A DNA stretch of 64,000 nt from Octopus bimaculoides (Eukaryota). Location: NCBI RefSeq assembly GCF_001194135.2, contig NC_068998.1, positions 835,284-899,283 on the forward strand, read 5' to 3'. Numbering within the stretch: position 1 is the first letter of the stretch; each line of letters opens with the position of its first letter. Positions 13,598 to 27,310 of this stretch are shown in pieces. The notes beneath the pieces are model-generated. The model was given only the letters and a program-made list of their open reading frames with translations. It was not told where the DNA came from and made no database searches. Both the position numbers and the translations under genes were made by a program.

Positions 13598-15759
13598 ATT
13601 TTACCTCACAACTTTTTTGATACAAATTTTTGTTGCATGGGATCAAAGCTATGAAATTCCTCATGCTTTCTTCTATCATTGAAGCTAAGATAAATATATT
13701 TTGCTTTTGAAATAAAGAAAGTTATTTAGATCTAAACTTGATTGGAGGCGTTACTTACACTCCTAGAACGTGGTTATAAATTTTGATGTAAACCTTTTTT
13801 TTTCTACTGGATCAAATCTCAATTTTTTATGCCAAAATGTCGCTAGGGACAGTCCTCTTCAAAAATGTTAACAGTTTTCAATTTGATTAAGAAGTGAATT
13901 AGCGACAAGCTCTGAAAGATGCTGCCTGTGAGTAAATTGTGGCCTTAAGAATATTATTCAACAACTACCATTGTTAAATGATATATTGCACATACATACA
14001 TACATACATACATACATACATACATACATACATACATACATCCTACTAAATGTAAAAGTGAATCTACCTCTGATCGTTCGAAAATGGAGGCCACAGTGTG
14101 GCACCAAAAGGTACCAGAAATGTTGTTCAAGGTCACGCTTTTTCAAGGAGAAAGTCAGATGTCGTATGATTTTTTTCCTTATACTTTCTAGTAACGCAAG
14201 CATAGCTGCGGTTACACACTTACATTTATACACACATGGATGCATACATAGGTATGCACATACATATAAACATGCTTGCATGCATACATCTCTGACTATC
14301 TACCTGTTGCTGTCTAAATTGCTATGGGAGAGAGAGAGAGAGCCTTGTTTCTCTGTTGTTGGATAGCGGCTCTTTCAGAATTGGAGATAAATTTGATAAA
14401 TTAAACCAGAATATCATATGTACATATACATAGATGCATACATATATATACATATATATATATACATATATATGCACACACACACACACATATATATATG
14501 CTTATACAGATGCATCCATAGGTACATATATATACGTACCTAGATACATAGCTATATACGTAGATTGCCGCATACATATATATATATACAGACGTGCATA
14601 CATAGTCACGTAGGTGTTGCGAAATGGAAATTAAACCTTGAAAGTCAGGAACAGAACATTCATTTTCGACATAAAATATAGTAGTTGCATAAACAGTTGG
14701 ATTTTTTCTTTTTTCAAAATCTTGCAACACGATCTCCTATTTTTTTTTCCTCTTCTTAAAACTAAGCCAGACCTTTGCTAAACTGGGAAAACATTAGGTA
14801 TGGTGTTGTTTGACTCACTTCAGGATGGTGGCATAAAATGAAAATAATAATGATAATAATAAAATTGAGTCAAACTATGGTTTTTAGTAGGTTGGCAAGT
14901 GTTATACCTTCTTAAGGAGAACATGTTTCAATGTTCAGTGCCAAGATATGAACGCATCATGTCAGCTAAGGTAATTTGCCTGAGACGTGTATACAACTGG
15001 TTCCAACTTAGATTCTCTCACAAAAAAAAAATCCTCCTTTCTTTTCCCTTCTTTCTTTCTTTCTTTCTCCCCCGAAGAATGAGTGGAGGAGGAAGTTCTG
15101 CAACTGGTTTTCTTAAGACATTTGTTTTTTCATTTCTTTTTGGTTTTGTAATTGAGAATATAATCGAAATTATTCTAAGAAACATGTGTCTTCCTTATGA
15201 TTATATGCAATGTGGTGTTGGATTCTCTCGTCAGGTGGGGGCCAGGTGACATCATTGGTTTATGTAATACAAAAATCGCTGTTTTTTTAACTCAAATCCT
15301 GCTGAGTTAGATTTAGTTTTTGATTTCCTCCACCAATGGAATGGGTTCCATCTGTGTTTAAAAGAATATTAAATGTTCTTTTTTGATTCTTGGTCAACTT
15401 TTAAGAAGCAGATCTATGATCAAAGATATTCTTGACGTGACCATCCTGTCTTTGATTCAATTAGAGAAAAACCTAGGTTTCCATGATGTGTTGTGTCCAT
15501 CAATTTTTAAGATGGTGGTGCGTCGGTCAAAAGAGATTTTGGTTACATTTCCTAGTAATTTAAGTAAACTGCTCGGAGGCTCCTTTGATGATCGCTGTAA
15601 TAGTGTTGTGGTCATAGTAGTGACTATTGGTAGTTAGGATAATGTGTATGAGAAACAATTATAATAATCAATGGCTCTGCTAATTAGTGTCGGTGGCTAT
15701 AGAAAGAATGGATAAGACATAGAAACGAGAAAATAGGATAAAACCGAGAAAGAAAACAG

Positions 15760-16260
15760 ACTGCAAGTTTCATATTAGTTCACGGTAGATGTTCTCTTTC
15801 CCCAAAATTATAAACATCCGTTGGGCAGCCGATGTTTACGGTAGGGCCCAACGTTTGTTCCCTGACCGCTATTTCCTGTCCCGATATTAGATTTATGGTG
15901 TTTTGCACTGGGATATTGTTTTTATAGGAATTTCCCACCAGTGTTCCATATTTTTAAAGGTTTGGATACGTTGTGGTTCTAATGTGCTTCATACTTTCGC
16001 GATTTCCTTATCACAACCATGTCCGGGCTCGAATACTCTTTTCATCTTCTGTGTATTTTTCATGGTCCGTTTTGTTAGACAGAGCTGTATATTTTTCTCA
16101 ACAAACGTGATTTTTTTATGCTACGACTCCATTGTGAATAATCGAAATAGTTCACATCCCAGAAGCTCTTCATCATCCTTATGCAACCAATCGAAGAATC
16201 TTCCCTACGAGAATAAGTAGACGCCTGGATTCAATTCCAAATTCCACAGGATTTTCTCAT
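15760..16260 (-). mobile_element. Highly degraded R4/Dong C-terminal fragment
   Basis: HWWEIPIKTISQCK and VNIGCPTDV..GKENIYRELI*NLQ resemble the 27342 piece. Confidence 0.45.
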
Positions 16261-16539
16261 CATTGAACCCCGATCTTCCGTAGCTGTTTTCCCCTGTTTT
16301 CCTATGGCGTCTCTGCAACCAAACCGTTAGCAGTTTTTTATCAGTTAAATTTCCCGGCTTTGATCATAGCCACAACCTCTACAAAGGAGCTTCTTTACAT
16401 TAGACCAGTGAGGATAACCATTTCTTAACAAAGCTTCTATTGATATCAAGGGTTTTAGGGGTTGGTATTTATTACACGAATGTAGTAACAGCCCCCATCT
16501 CCACAGCACTTCATGTCTAAGCGACCGAATTTGACGCCA

Positions 16540-16757
16540 TGCTAAATGTGTGTATGTATGTATGTATGTATGTATGCATGCATGCATAAATGCTTGTACT
16601 TGTGTGTGTGTGTGTGTGTATGCTTCTCTGTGCGCGTGTGTATGTATGTATGTATGTATGTAATCTTGTACATATGTGTGTGCGTATGTATATATGCCTG
16701 TACGTGTGCGTGTATGTGTATATATGTATGCATGTATGTATGCTTGTACGCGCGCGC

Positions 16758-16805
<48 letters not shown>

Positions 16806-16806
16806 A

Positions 16807-16875
<69 letters not shown>
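16540..16875. repeat. Compound (TATG/TG/AG)n microsatellite
   Basis: Read directly. Confidence 0.95.
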
Positions 16876-16877
<2 letters not shown>

Positions 16878-17329
16878 GCTCGCTTTTATAATATTACTTT
16901 AGGCCAACGCTGAATACAAGCCAGTCATTAAGAAACTAACAAAGCTGTCTTGTTTAAGAGAAGACCAGGCGCTGTGTGTATATCTAAGTGGGTATGGATT
17001 GGTGTGTGCGTATGTGTGTGTATATATATATATATATACGCACACACACACACACACACATACCTACCAGCGAACGATAAGTTACACTTGGGTATTTTCA
17101 CCTTCCCTTCTCGTTTTATTTTTTATCATCATCACCATCATCATCATCATCGTCATCATCACCATCATCATCGTCGTCATCATCATCATCATCATTACTG
17201 TCATCATCATCATCGTCATCATGTTTATGCTTGTCTTTCTTTCCCTTTTTCCACCTTACATTCATATTCCGAAGCAGGAGAACACATCCGAAACGTCGTA
17301 ATTATATTTCTTCTCTTCTGGCGGTTATC

Positions 17330-17600
17330 ATGACCACCTCCACAGGGATTCCCAACTGTCTCGTCTCTCCTTTCATAACTAAGTTGCGTCTAACTTCCTA
17401 TGTTTATCACAGACCATTCCTTCCTCCCCAGGACCTCGGTCTTCTGGAACTCCCTTTCTGGTCATCTCCTTCATACAGATGTCAAGCTGCAACACTATCA
17501 GCAGAATGCCAATAATATCGATCTTTCTAGATTATTGACGGCCTGCAAAGTCTGTGGGCACTATCCATTCCTCCTGGCCCAGGAACTAATTCTTTGTACT
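17330..17600 (+). mobile_element. CR1/L2/Jockey-superclade LINE 3' remnant
   Basis: HSFLPRTSVFWNSLSG (compare SFFPRTxxLWNSLP). Confidence 0.55.
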
Positions 17601-18071
17601 TCTTGGAGTTCCTTAAAGTTAGATCTTCCAATGATCTTCCAATGGTTTTTACCTGTCTGGAGACAGACGTCACATCCAGGTGAATCAGAGATTCATAATG
17701 CAGTACAATAATTTACCGTCTAGAATGAATCATTACTGTTGCTGTTGTTGTTGACTTGTGAAAGTGTTTCATGGTTTTATTGCCACCTGACAACATGTTT
17801 GGGATGGCAGAAGAACACGGAGAAGCAGACGAAACACGTCACTCACCTGTAGACACTTTTTTCATTCCCACCACCACCACCACCACCACCAATCCCCACA
17901 AACCGACTATTGCAGTTGTTTAAATAATACCTCACTACTCCTCTCTGATATCTTCTTTAAATAATTTCATGTCGATATATTATTCTACTCCAGACATATT
18001 ATTTGTTAGTTAATATTATTATTACCACCATAATCATCATCATCATCATCATCATCATGCATATGTATATC

Positions 18072-18102
<31 letters not shown>

Positions 18103-18133
18103 ATATGTGTGTGTGTGTATGTGTGTGTGTGTA

Positions 18134-18164
<31 letters not shown>

Positions 18165-18433
18165 AAGACATCTCTGTATATATTTCCCCGATGTGAACTA
18201 ATGCCAATATGCTTGGCTTCGTCTGCAATGTTTTGGCAGTAAATGACAACTATTTACTTACTACTAAACTATATCAGTGTTGCTCATAGAACTCTCTTCT
18301 TCGCTTCCGAAGTCTGTTTAGACCATTATGGCATTATCCGTCTCATTATAAACTCGCTGCTGCTCCGAAATAAAAATAGGAAACAGGCGGAAAAGTGGAG
18401 ATGACGCTATATTATATATACGCATTTATACTC

Positions 18434-18468
<35 letters not shown>

Positions 18469-18807
18469 TACGTATGTATGTGTATATGTATACATACATA
18501 TATATACTTAATGTATACAGATACGCATATACACACACATGTACATACATACATACATATACATATATATGTGTATATATATATGTATATATATATTCTA
18601 GATATATATATGCATATATGTATGCATATGATATATGTATGAGCTCACGTGTGTGTATGCGTGCACTCTTAAAAATTCCCTGCGTACTTAACTGCAATAA
18701 ACAAAGATAAAAAGGTAGAAATATCTGTCGAATTTTGCTTTGGTTTTGTTCCTATATTCTACATCATAACCACAGTATTATTAATAATAATAATAATAAT
18801 AATGATA

Positions 18808-19010
18808 ATGCTTTCTATTATAGGCACAAGGCCTGAAATTTGGGGGAAGAGGACTAGTTGATCACATCACTGGTACTTAATTTATCGACCCTGAAAGGAT
18901 GAAAGGCAAAGTCGACCTCGGCGGAATTTGAACTCAGAACGGAGTGACGGGCGAAATACCGCTAAGCATTTCGTCCGGCATGTTAACGATTCTGGTTGAG
19001 ACGCCGCCTT
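18808..19010 (-). mobile_element. SINE family A copy between (TAA)n arrays
   Basis: Reverse complement of the 48566 copy. Confidence 0.8.
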
Positions 19011-19100
19011 AATAATAATGACAATAATAATAATAATAATGATAATAATGATAATAATATTAATAATAATAATAATAATAATAATAATGATGATGATGAT

Positions 19101-19492
19101 GATATAGTGTTAATTGACAAAGAAAACAAACGATGTTGGATCATAGATATAGGATGCCCAGCTGACAACAAGGTCAGCAATAAGGAAGAAAGAAAAGTCG
19201 ATAGATATGACAGGTTAGCTTGGGAGTTGGGAGGTGAAGCAGTTGTGGTCGATGTAAAAGGTGGTAGCAGTAGTACCAATAACTGTCGGAGACCTGGGAA
19301 CAGTGAGCAAAAATCTCTAGAAGTACGCGGAACAAATAGGGGCTGCAATAAGAGTGGAGCACTTGCAGAAAACAGCACTGCTTGGAACCGCTCGAATACT
19401 CCGGAAGGTGCTCGAAAAATAAGAGGCGTTGCCTTAGTTCACTGGTAGTGAACAGCTGACACTGTAGTACGTCTCCAGCGATAGAAGCAGTG
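19101..19492 (+). mobile_element. 5'-truncated R4/Dong element: RLE endonuclease C-terminus plus 3' UTR
   Basis: DIVLIDKENKRCWIIDIGCPADNKVSNKEERKVDRYDRLAWEL (PD..D/E-type motif); flanked by (TAA)n on both sides. Confidence 0.85.
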
Positions 19493-19493
19493 C

Positions 19494-19552
<59 letters not shown>

Positions 19553-19574
19553 TAATAATAATAATGAAAATACC

Positions 19575-20070
19575 CTGAGGCAGTGGTTCTCATGACTTCT
19601 GATCTTAACTGACTGGAAGTGTTATCATGTACATTGTTTTGTCTTGGTATAAAAGATGGGTTACAGCAAATATTCTGCTCAATACCACAGATTTGCTTGT
19701 CAGTTGCTTGACCTTAATCAGTTGAGCATGTCCCTTGGTGGCTGACGATATGTGCATCTCTGATCACGAGCAGAAGTAGTTGGGGTAGCATCATAGCTAA
19801 ATGCTGAGAGGAATTCTTTGGAGTTTGAATAATTCACCTCTGGAAATATGGGTGTTTTGTTCATCATCCTTAAACAACCCTTATTCAGGAATCTTTTGAG
19901 TGGGATAGGCTACTCGACCTGAAGAAAATTCTAACTGGGCCCCACCTGCAAGGTCATGTGCTGTTAATCTTGATATGAGATCCCCATGTCGCGCACAAGT
20001 GGTTGTGACGCATGTATCTGGTTTACCCTTATCAGACGGGTAGTCATGATGGGTATACTGGGCTTCGTAT
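19575..20070 (+). repeat. Unclassified ~500-bp interspersed repeat (reverse copy at 40380-40720)
   Basis: High-identity reverse-complement match between the two loci; no tRNA head or ORF recognised. Confidence 0.8.
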
Positions 20071-20495
20071 AATCGACTGCCCCCCACCCTCCCAAAAGGT
20101 TTTGGGCCTTGTGCCTAGATTAGAAAAGTATATTTGTGATGCGGGTAAGTCGGAGGTGCTGATTTCTATCATTTTTTTTTTTTGCTTATTAATGAAACGT
20201 GAATACTTTCAGAGAGTAGAAATATATTACATTTCATACAAGTTTCGACATTTCAAGACCAAATTGCAGAAATCCAGCGTCGTTCTTCAGCATTTAACAT
20301 TTAAGTTTCACCTTTTTCATATTTTACCAAAGTTGTTTTAGCAAGCTTTTATGAATTTTAGAGCCAAAAATAATATTTTAGAGAACAAGTAAATTCCAAA
20401 AGTTTCTGTTGAATTTTACTCGAATGTCTTCAAATATTATTATTTTAGACTTGCTTAAACGGGTATGATACGGGTATATTGATTTCTATTTTATG

Positions 20496-20663
20496 TACAA
20501 GACCAGCTAGATACATAGATATTGATACCTCTGATAGGCATAAAGCCAGCTGCATGTATAAATATCGATGTCTGCGTTAGGCATAAGGCCAGTTTGGTGC
20601 ATAGATATTGCTATCTTTGTTAGGCACAAGGCCAGATGGCTACACAGATATTATCATGTAAGG
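20496..20663. repeat. Degenerate 43-bp tandem minisatellite (4 units)
   Basis: Units start at 20496, 20539, 20582 and 20625; consensus CAYAAGGCCAG..RCATAGATATYG..TGTTAGG. Confidence 0.8.
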
Positions 20664-22434
20664 TCAAACCAATTAGTAAGGCTGTTGTTACAAGAATCTT
20701 TTCTTTATGACTCTCGAAACAAAATCAAGAATGGGAATTCAAATGCATCTCTTTAATACAGTCATAATAAGGAGGTGGTGTCTCGGGTGAAGATTTGGCA
20801 GATTCAGTATAATGCGGGACAAAATCCATTCCTCTATGTTGCAGGTTCAAATCACACTAAAGTTGATTTCGTTTCTCATCCCCATGGAATCAATAAAATA
20901 GATATCCATTAAAACGTGGGGTAAAATAATCTAAAACCTGCTGCCTAAAGGCCACATGCAGTATTTTGATTACTTAATTACAGAATTTTGGAATGAGCCT
21001 GGATTTGGCATAAAAACTGCATATTTTTGTGGATACCATATTATATTTAATCAGAAAATATATGTAAGCCATTAAAAGATCAGTTTACAATTTTATTATC
21101 TATAATTATATTTTGACATTAGATGTAATTTTCTCATTAATAAAAGTTTCGTTAATGAGCTCCTTATTAGATTACACTTAATTCAATGTAACTTTCAAAT
21201 ATAGAAAGTTTCCTCGACCCTGAAACTAAACACTTCCTCATAAACGTGTGGCTATCTTTTCATGACAGAAAACACCTTAATTAGAAACCCTAAAGCAATT
21301 AGTTATGGAATTAAGTCTAAAAACTTTAATACTGCGCTTATTATGATAATGGCGTCGAAACAGATGTTGCTGGTGATATTTTCGAGTGTTGCTAATGACA
21401 GTAAACAGTGGGTTATAGTGTTGCTAATCTGAGAGAAAGCAGTGATGGATTTCCTCGCATTTTTCTAAATTCTGAGTTAATTGTAATTATTTTTTTAACT
21501 CAGTAATTTAAAATAAGTTCCAAGTTTTTTTTTTTTTTAGTGTTTGTAAGAAATTGGTCATTTTGGCCGCTGTCAGGCCATTTGTCTGCCCAAGGATTAT
21601 GCAAGTCATTTCGTTGACCATTAATCTGCCGAACCAAAAGGCAACGTTAACGTCGTCACTAACCAAAAAACCGTTGCTGCTTTTGTTATCGCTTATCCTT
21701 ACATCACTTCTAATTAAGGAAGCTTATTAACAGAAGCGTTCCAGCCGTGACTAGCTCATTTTGGTTTCAGCCCTTGTGTATCTAGTACTACACAGTCGAA
21801 TATGCTCTTGCTCTTTTAAGACGGTTGAGTGAGTTCAAGAAGATTTAGCTGCTATTTCTAGGAAGTGGAGCGACAACCTAGACGTTCTCTTATTGGCTTG
21901 TCCATTCGTTATAAATGCAGTTGGTTAATTCATTTCACATTTCCGGTTTTGAAATAGAGAAATATAACTCGCTATTTCCGGTTTGAAGGAAATGAAAGTT
22001 ATCATAACTTTTTATCATTCGAGGATGTTTATTCAGAACCGTTTTCTTCCCGATGTTTCTTCTCTATGATTTCACACCAAATTCTCTCTATTTCTTTCCA
22101 CAAAAAAATTTAAATCAATAAATTATTTTCACATTATTTCCCCCATTTCGTGCGTTTTCCGCTGCATAACACTGCACTCTATATGCACCTTGAAGATGTG
22201 CAGTTTTGTTTTGTTGTATTAAATTACTTTATGCAATACAGTTTCTTTCCCAACCAAAGCCATTTTCTCTGATTATGCCTAAAATGTTACTCTCAAATAA
22301 ATAATAATAATAATTGATATAGCACACACCGAAAACTGGGTTTTTGTATTAAAAGTTGTGCGGTAAATCCGAGACATTTCACTAAATGTCAGAATGTGAA
22401 GATAAGCTTTTGTTTTTACTTTAGATAAAAGGCG

Positions 22435-22580
22435 CAGACGTGGTTGCGTGCTCCGAAGCTTGTTCTGTGTTCAGACCTTACTGCGAGGCACCTTGGACAA
22501 GTCTCTTCTACTATAGCCTCGTGCCAATCAAAGCTTTGTGAATGGATTTGGTAGACGGAAAATAAAAGAAACCCTTCGTA
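22435..22580 (+). mobile_element. tRNA-derived SINE, family B (other copies ~520-690 minus, 38780, 42410, 52960 minus, 61430 minus)
   Basis: Shared core ggcaccttgggcaagtgtcttctactatagcc...tggatttggtagacggaa. Confidence 0.75.
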
Positions 22581-22595
22581 TAGATAGACAGACAT

Positions 22596-22635
<40 letters not shown>

Positions 22636-25600
22636 GTTTCTTTATTAGCCACACAGGGCCGAACACAGAGGGGACAATACAATGTAGAACCTTTCTTTTC
22701 GAGAAAAAAAAAAACGATCAAAAGGGATCGAAAGCGTTTGGGACGTGTAAACAGCAAAATAAGGTGGAGTAAAAATGTAAAACGGACTAGGTTTATCCGT
22801 GGAAAGAAAAGCCTACGAAAAAGACCACGGTAACCTCAAATAGGGAAAGAAACACATGAGAGTAAAGCGCGCTCTCTCTCTCTCTCTTTCACACATTTAC
22901 AGAATCATGCTCAAAGTGGGTTCATGATTCACGTGTACCATCTTTGGTGCATTCAGCCACTTTTTATTGAAACTTTCATGAGACAAAACTTCCCTCTCTA
23001 TTCTCACCTTCCAAGTAAAAAGAAATGACATCAAACAGATCGAACCCCTGCCGCCATTTCGGTTCGTCGGAAGATTATTTCTAACTTTACTTCTCCCTCT
23101 TCCTCTTCTTTATGATTCAGTCGTTTCTAATTTAGGTACAACGCTAGCAATTTTGAGGGGGGGGGCGTTAGTCGATTGCACCGATCCCAATACATGACTG
23201 GTATTTTGTTCTGTCGATCCCTTTAGAATGAAAAGCAAAGCTGACAGCCGAATTTGAACTGAGAGTGTAAAGTGCTGCAATGCATTTTGCCCGATGCTCT
23301 TCCGATTCTGCCAGACCCGCGTCCTTAATACTTTACCATAAACTCAAAATATGGTAAAATGCTCAACATTCCTGCGGGTTTTCATTTCAAAATTGTTTAG
23401 AGAACACTTGTCTCGTCCAAACTGTTCAACATAAATAAAGTTTTATAGATTTAATGCTTTTTTTTCTTTTTTCTTTTTTTTTTGCGCTGTGCTTTTTCTG
23501 TTTTGTTGAAATAAAGCTTTTAAACAGTGTTTATCGTTGAAACAGTTTCGAATTTCACAACGATATATTTTCGTTATGATTCATTAGAAATAAACAAACC
23601 ACCCGACTTATTTCAAGCCACTTGAGATAAACAGTTTTAACCCTAGTTATCTTGTAAGATATCTTCTCTGCCTTTTTTTCTGACGAAACTGAACCAAACA
23701 ATAAATTCTTGTAAAAAAAAACATCTTCAAGATGGAAACAAAACTGAAGATAGGACTTTGACTGGCATTGATTTCCTTCTTATGATCTTGGCACAAAACC
23801 AATTCTTGCCGTAGAACACTTTCGTGGATCGCATCAATTCCCAAATATTACTTAATACACCAACTCCAGTATATTTGTGCATCTTAATTCACGGTCCTAC
23901 TCTGATTTCAGCTGAAGGCAGAGTGATTCAAAGCCTGGTCAGATCATAGAATGGTCTCAGGACATTTGTCCTGCTAACGGAGAATTCGAATTCAGTACAG
24001 CCAAATAGCTCACTCGTTAATGTTACAGTGCTACCACTAGTTTCGATCTGATAGCATTGCAAGGATACACTGGAAAGTAAGACAGAAATCAAATAAGGTC
24101 CACATTCTGCTAGTCAACCATTTCGGCTGCTTCACACACATCCTCCTCTTCTGTTTTCTCTTTACAATGGCTGAATAACTTATAGATATATATATGTATA
24201 TGTATAATGCATGTAAAGAAAGCGAGGAGAGAGAGGGGAGAGAAAAAGAAAGATGACGACGACGACGACGATTACAAGGAGGAGGAGGAGGAGGAGGAGG
24301 ACTGAAAGACGGAAAGATAACTTTGCTGGTGGAGTAAGTAAATTCAGTGTTGATTGAAACGTCCATCTGTTAACAGTTTCTGTTCGTCAAACAATGGAAT
24401 AAATCTTGGTTGAGGAATATAAACACGACCAGTCACGTAGCTTCAAAGTAAAACGGTAAACAATGATAACAACAACAACAACAACAGTAATATAATGAAA
24501 TATATATTAAAAAAAAAAAGATTATTAGCGGTGATTGCCCCGAAGAAGGAAAAATAGTGGAGGAAAATGATTAAAAACTTGGAGACTGAGAGCAAGACAA
24601 AGACTGGCAGTTAGTTTGAAAATGGAACAGAACTGGTTTTGGCGGTGGGTGGAATGGAATAACAAGGAGGAATTTAGAATATAAACTGCAGATAAAACGC
24701 AACGATTATTTCTTACACTTGGCACCAGACCAACATTTTCTGGGAGAAGTGTACTCCATTACATTGAGCCCAGTAGATGCCTGGTATTGTATTTTGTCGA
24801 TTTTGAAAAACTTGGTTTCAGTGGGATTTGAAACCGGAACGTAAGCAAACGTGATTGCATAACACAATGCATTTTGTCCGATGCTCTACCGGTTCGCTCA
24901 ACCACAGACAATCTTCTAACAATAACTATGTCTAACATTTGTACAAGGTCAGCAACGGAAGAGGATGGGAACAATCTGTTACTTCGACTCCAGCACATGA
25001 CTGGTATTTTATTTTATCGATCCAAGAAACACAGGGAGAGAAAGAAAGAAAGTGAGAGAGAGAGAGCTCACTCGTCTTGATGTTGGAGTTGTCCGAGCAA
25101 ACTAGTTGAGATGGGGGATTCCCCGAAAGCCCCCCCCCCCACCACCACTAGCACCTCCTGAATCATTTGTTCCGATTTTCTCGTTGAAGACCGTAAATCA
25201 ACAGTTGTTTTGCTCTCGTTGTCTTACATGTTTCTCTGTATAACAAATGATTCTGATGGCTCTATGTTCAGCTCTTTGAAATATTCACCTCACTTAACAA
25301 TATTTCTGCTGTCTGTTACTCCTCCATCAAATCGGTTTCGAACTGCAGTTTGGCCGGTTTATTTGGTTCGTAGTTTTCTTGTTTCGGTGGCGGTGGCGGC
25401 GATGTTTGTAGCTCAAATACTTCCATTGGCTGAGTTGTTTCTTTCAGCTCATTTCTTGCGTAAATTATGTAAACTTCGTAGGCCATATATTCACCTCGTT
25501 TTTTCGTATATTGTCTATTGGAGACAAGGTAGATCAAGTGCTGTGCTCATAATGTATTTTGCAACAGAAACGTGTGTCCATAGCTGCCGTCTGGCCTCCA

Positions 25601-25853
25601 GAAAATCACATCAACTTTTTTCTTTAATGGCATGTCAGTTCTGGAGAATTCTCGATTCATGAGATAACCTCCCCTTATCATTTGGAGTTGTCCCAGTTGC
25701 TACCTGGTGATTGTTTTACTTTCTCTGGGAGCGAAAATAATTTCAATGAAACAAGAATTTATCTTGTATGGCATTTATATATATTTATTCGTCTTTGTAT
25801 GTGTGTATGTGCGCGCGCGAGTATATATATATATATATATACGCACACACAGA

Positions 25854-25886
<33 letters not shown>

Positions 25887-26491
25887 NNNNNNNNNNNNNN
25901 NNNNNNNNNNNNNNNNNNNNNNNNNNNNNNNNNNNNNNNNNNNNNNNNNNNNNNNNNNNNNNNNNNNNNNNNNNNNNNNNNNNNNNNNNNNNNNNNNNNN
26001 NNNNNNNNNNNNNNNNNNNNNNNNNNNNNNNNNNNNNNNNNNNNNNNNNNNNNNNNNNNNNNNNNNNNNNNNNNNNNNNNNNNNNNNNNNNNNNNNNNNN
26101 NNNNNNNNNNNNNNNNNNNNNNNNNNNNNNNNNNNNNNNNNNNNNNNNNNNNNNNNNNNNNNNNNNNNNNNNNNNNNNNNNNNNNNNNNNNNNNNNNNNN
26201 NNNNNNNNNNNNNNNNNNNNNNNNNNNNNNNNNNNNNNNNNNNNNNNNNNNNNNNNNNNNNNNNNNNNNNNNNNNNNNNNNNNNNNNNNNNNNNNNNNNN
26301 NNNNNNNNNNNNNNNNNNNNNNNNNNNNNNNNNNNNNNNNNNNNNNNNNNNNNNNNNNNNNNNNNNNNNNNNNNNNNNNNNNNNNNNNNNNNNNNNNNNN
26401 NNNNNNNNNNNNNNNNNNNNNNNNNNNNNNNNNNNNNNNNNNNNNNNNNNNNNNNNNNNNNNNNNNNNNNNNNNNNNNNNNNNNNNNNNNN

Positions 26492-26545
<54 letters not shown>

Positions 26546-26929
26546 TGTGTGCGTGTGTATATTTCTGTCGTGTGTGTGTGTGTATTCACGCACATACATA
26601 CAAATATATATAATAGATGCACACATATATATCTCCATCAGGTATGCAGGCGCCCACATTGCTATTAAGTTTTCCGGCAGCAGGCATGAAATTATATATT
26701 ATCGGTCAGAATTTTGAAATTTTTTTTCCCTCCTCATTGAGCCGTTTGCTAAACTTTTACACAAAGAATTATTCTTTATTATATTCACAAAACATTTATT
26801 CCTGTCGCCAATATCATTAAAACCCCATCCAGCGGCCACCACTTCAGAATTTATTCTAAATTATTCCTAACTATTCTGTGGAGTTATTTCGCCCCTCAGA
26901 GATCATTCGCGGAAATTCTACGTACATTC

Positions 26930-27310
26930 CCCAGTCCTTCTAAGCTCTGTCCTGAGCTCTTTCCCTGCGAGTAACAGCAGAGGGGTCGACGGTCACCGAC
27001 CGGATACCTGACGGACTTGCTGGGAGCCGCCTGCTGAGTGCAATCTTGGTTCTCCTTAACAGATTCATTCACGGCACCCTAGATTCTTATTCTCGTGTCT
27101 TCGTTTCAGTCCGCCTCATCGCTCTCAGTAAGCGAGACGTGCCATACACTCCATCGTTGTCGGCAACGTCTTCCGGAGGCTCGCAGCCAAGATCATCTGC
27201 AGATCTGTAGCACCTGAACTAGGCGAGGAATTCTTCCCGGTGCAGTTGGGAGTCGGCGTGGCCAACGGGTGTGAGGAAGCCACCCATGCCACTAGACAGA
27301 TTTTCAATTA
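26930..27310 (+). mobile_element. CRE-clade non-LTR retrotransposon RT N-terminal fragment
   Basis: LSSFPASNSRGVDGHRP, RLIALSKRD, IHSIVVGNVFRRLAAKII, PVQLGVGVANGCEEATHATR, with frameshifts. Confidence 0.75.

Noticed and set aside
17262-17305. ccgaagcagga...tccgaaacgtcgta, resembling a Penelope end or hammerhead
   Set aside because: The CUGANGA core is mutated at two positions and stem I is poor; too decayed to support.
20496-20663. CRISPR-like interpretation of the 43-bp repeat
   Set aside because: The context is eukaryotic, the units are contiguous and homologous throughout, and there are no unique spacers or cas genes.
24230-24340. Purine-rich stretch ending in a GTAAGT donor, a possible first exon of another transcript
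   Set aside because: A single hexamer with no downstream exon or ORF support.
25316-25537. Minus-strand 73-aa ORF with protein-like composition
   Set aside because: No recognisable family, a stop follows immediately and I found no partner exons; probably a decayed TE ORF.
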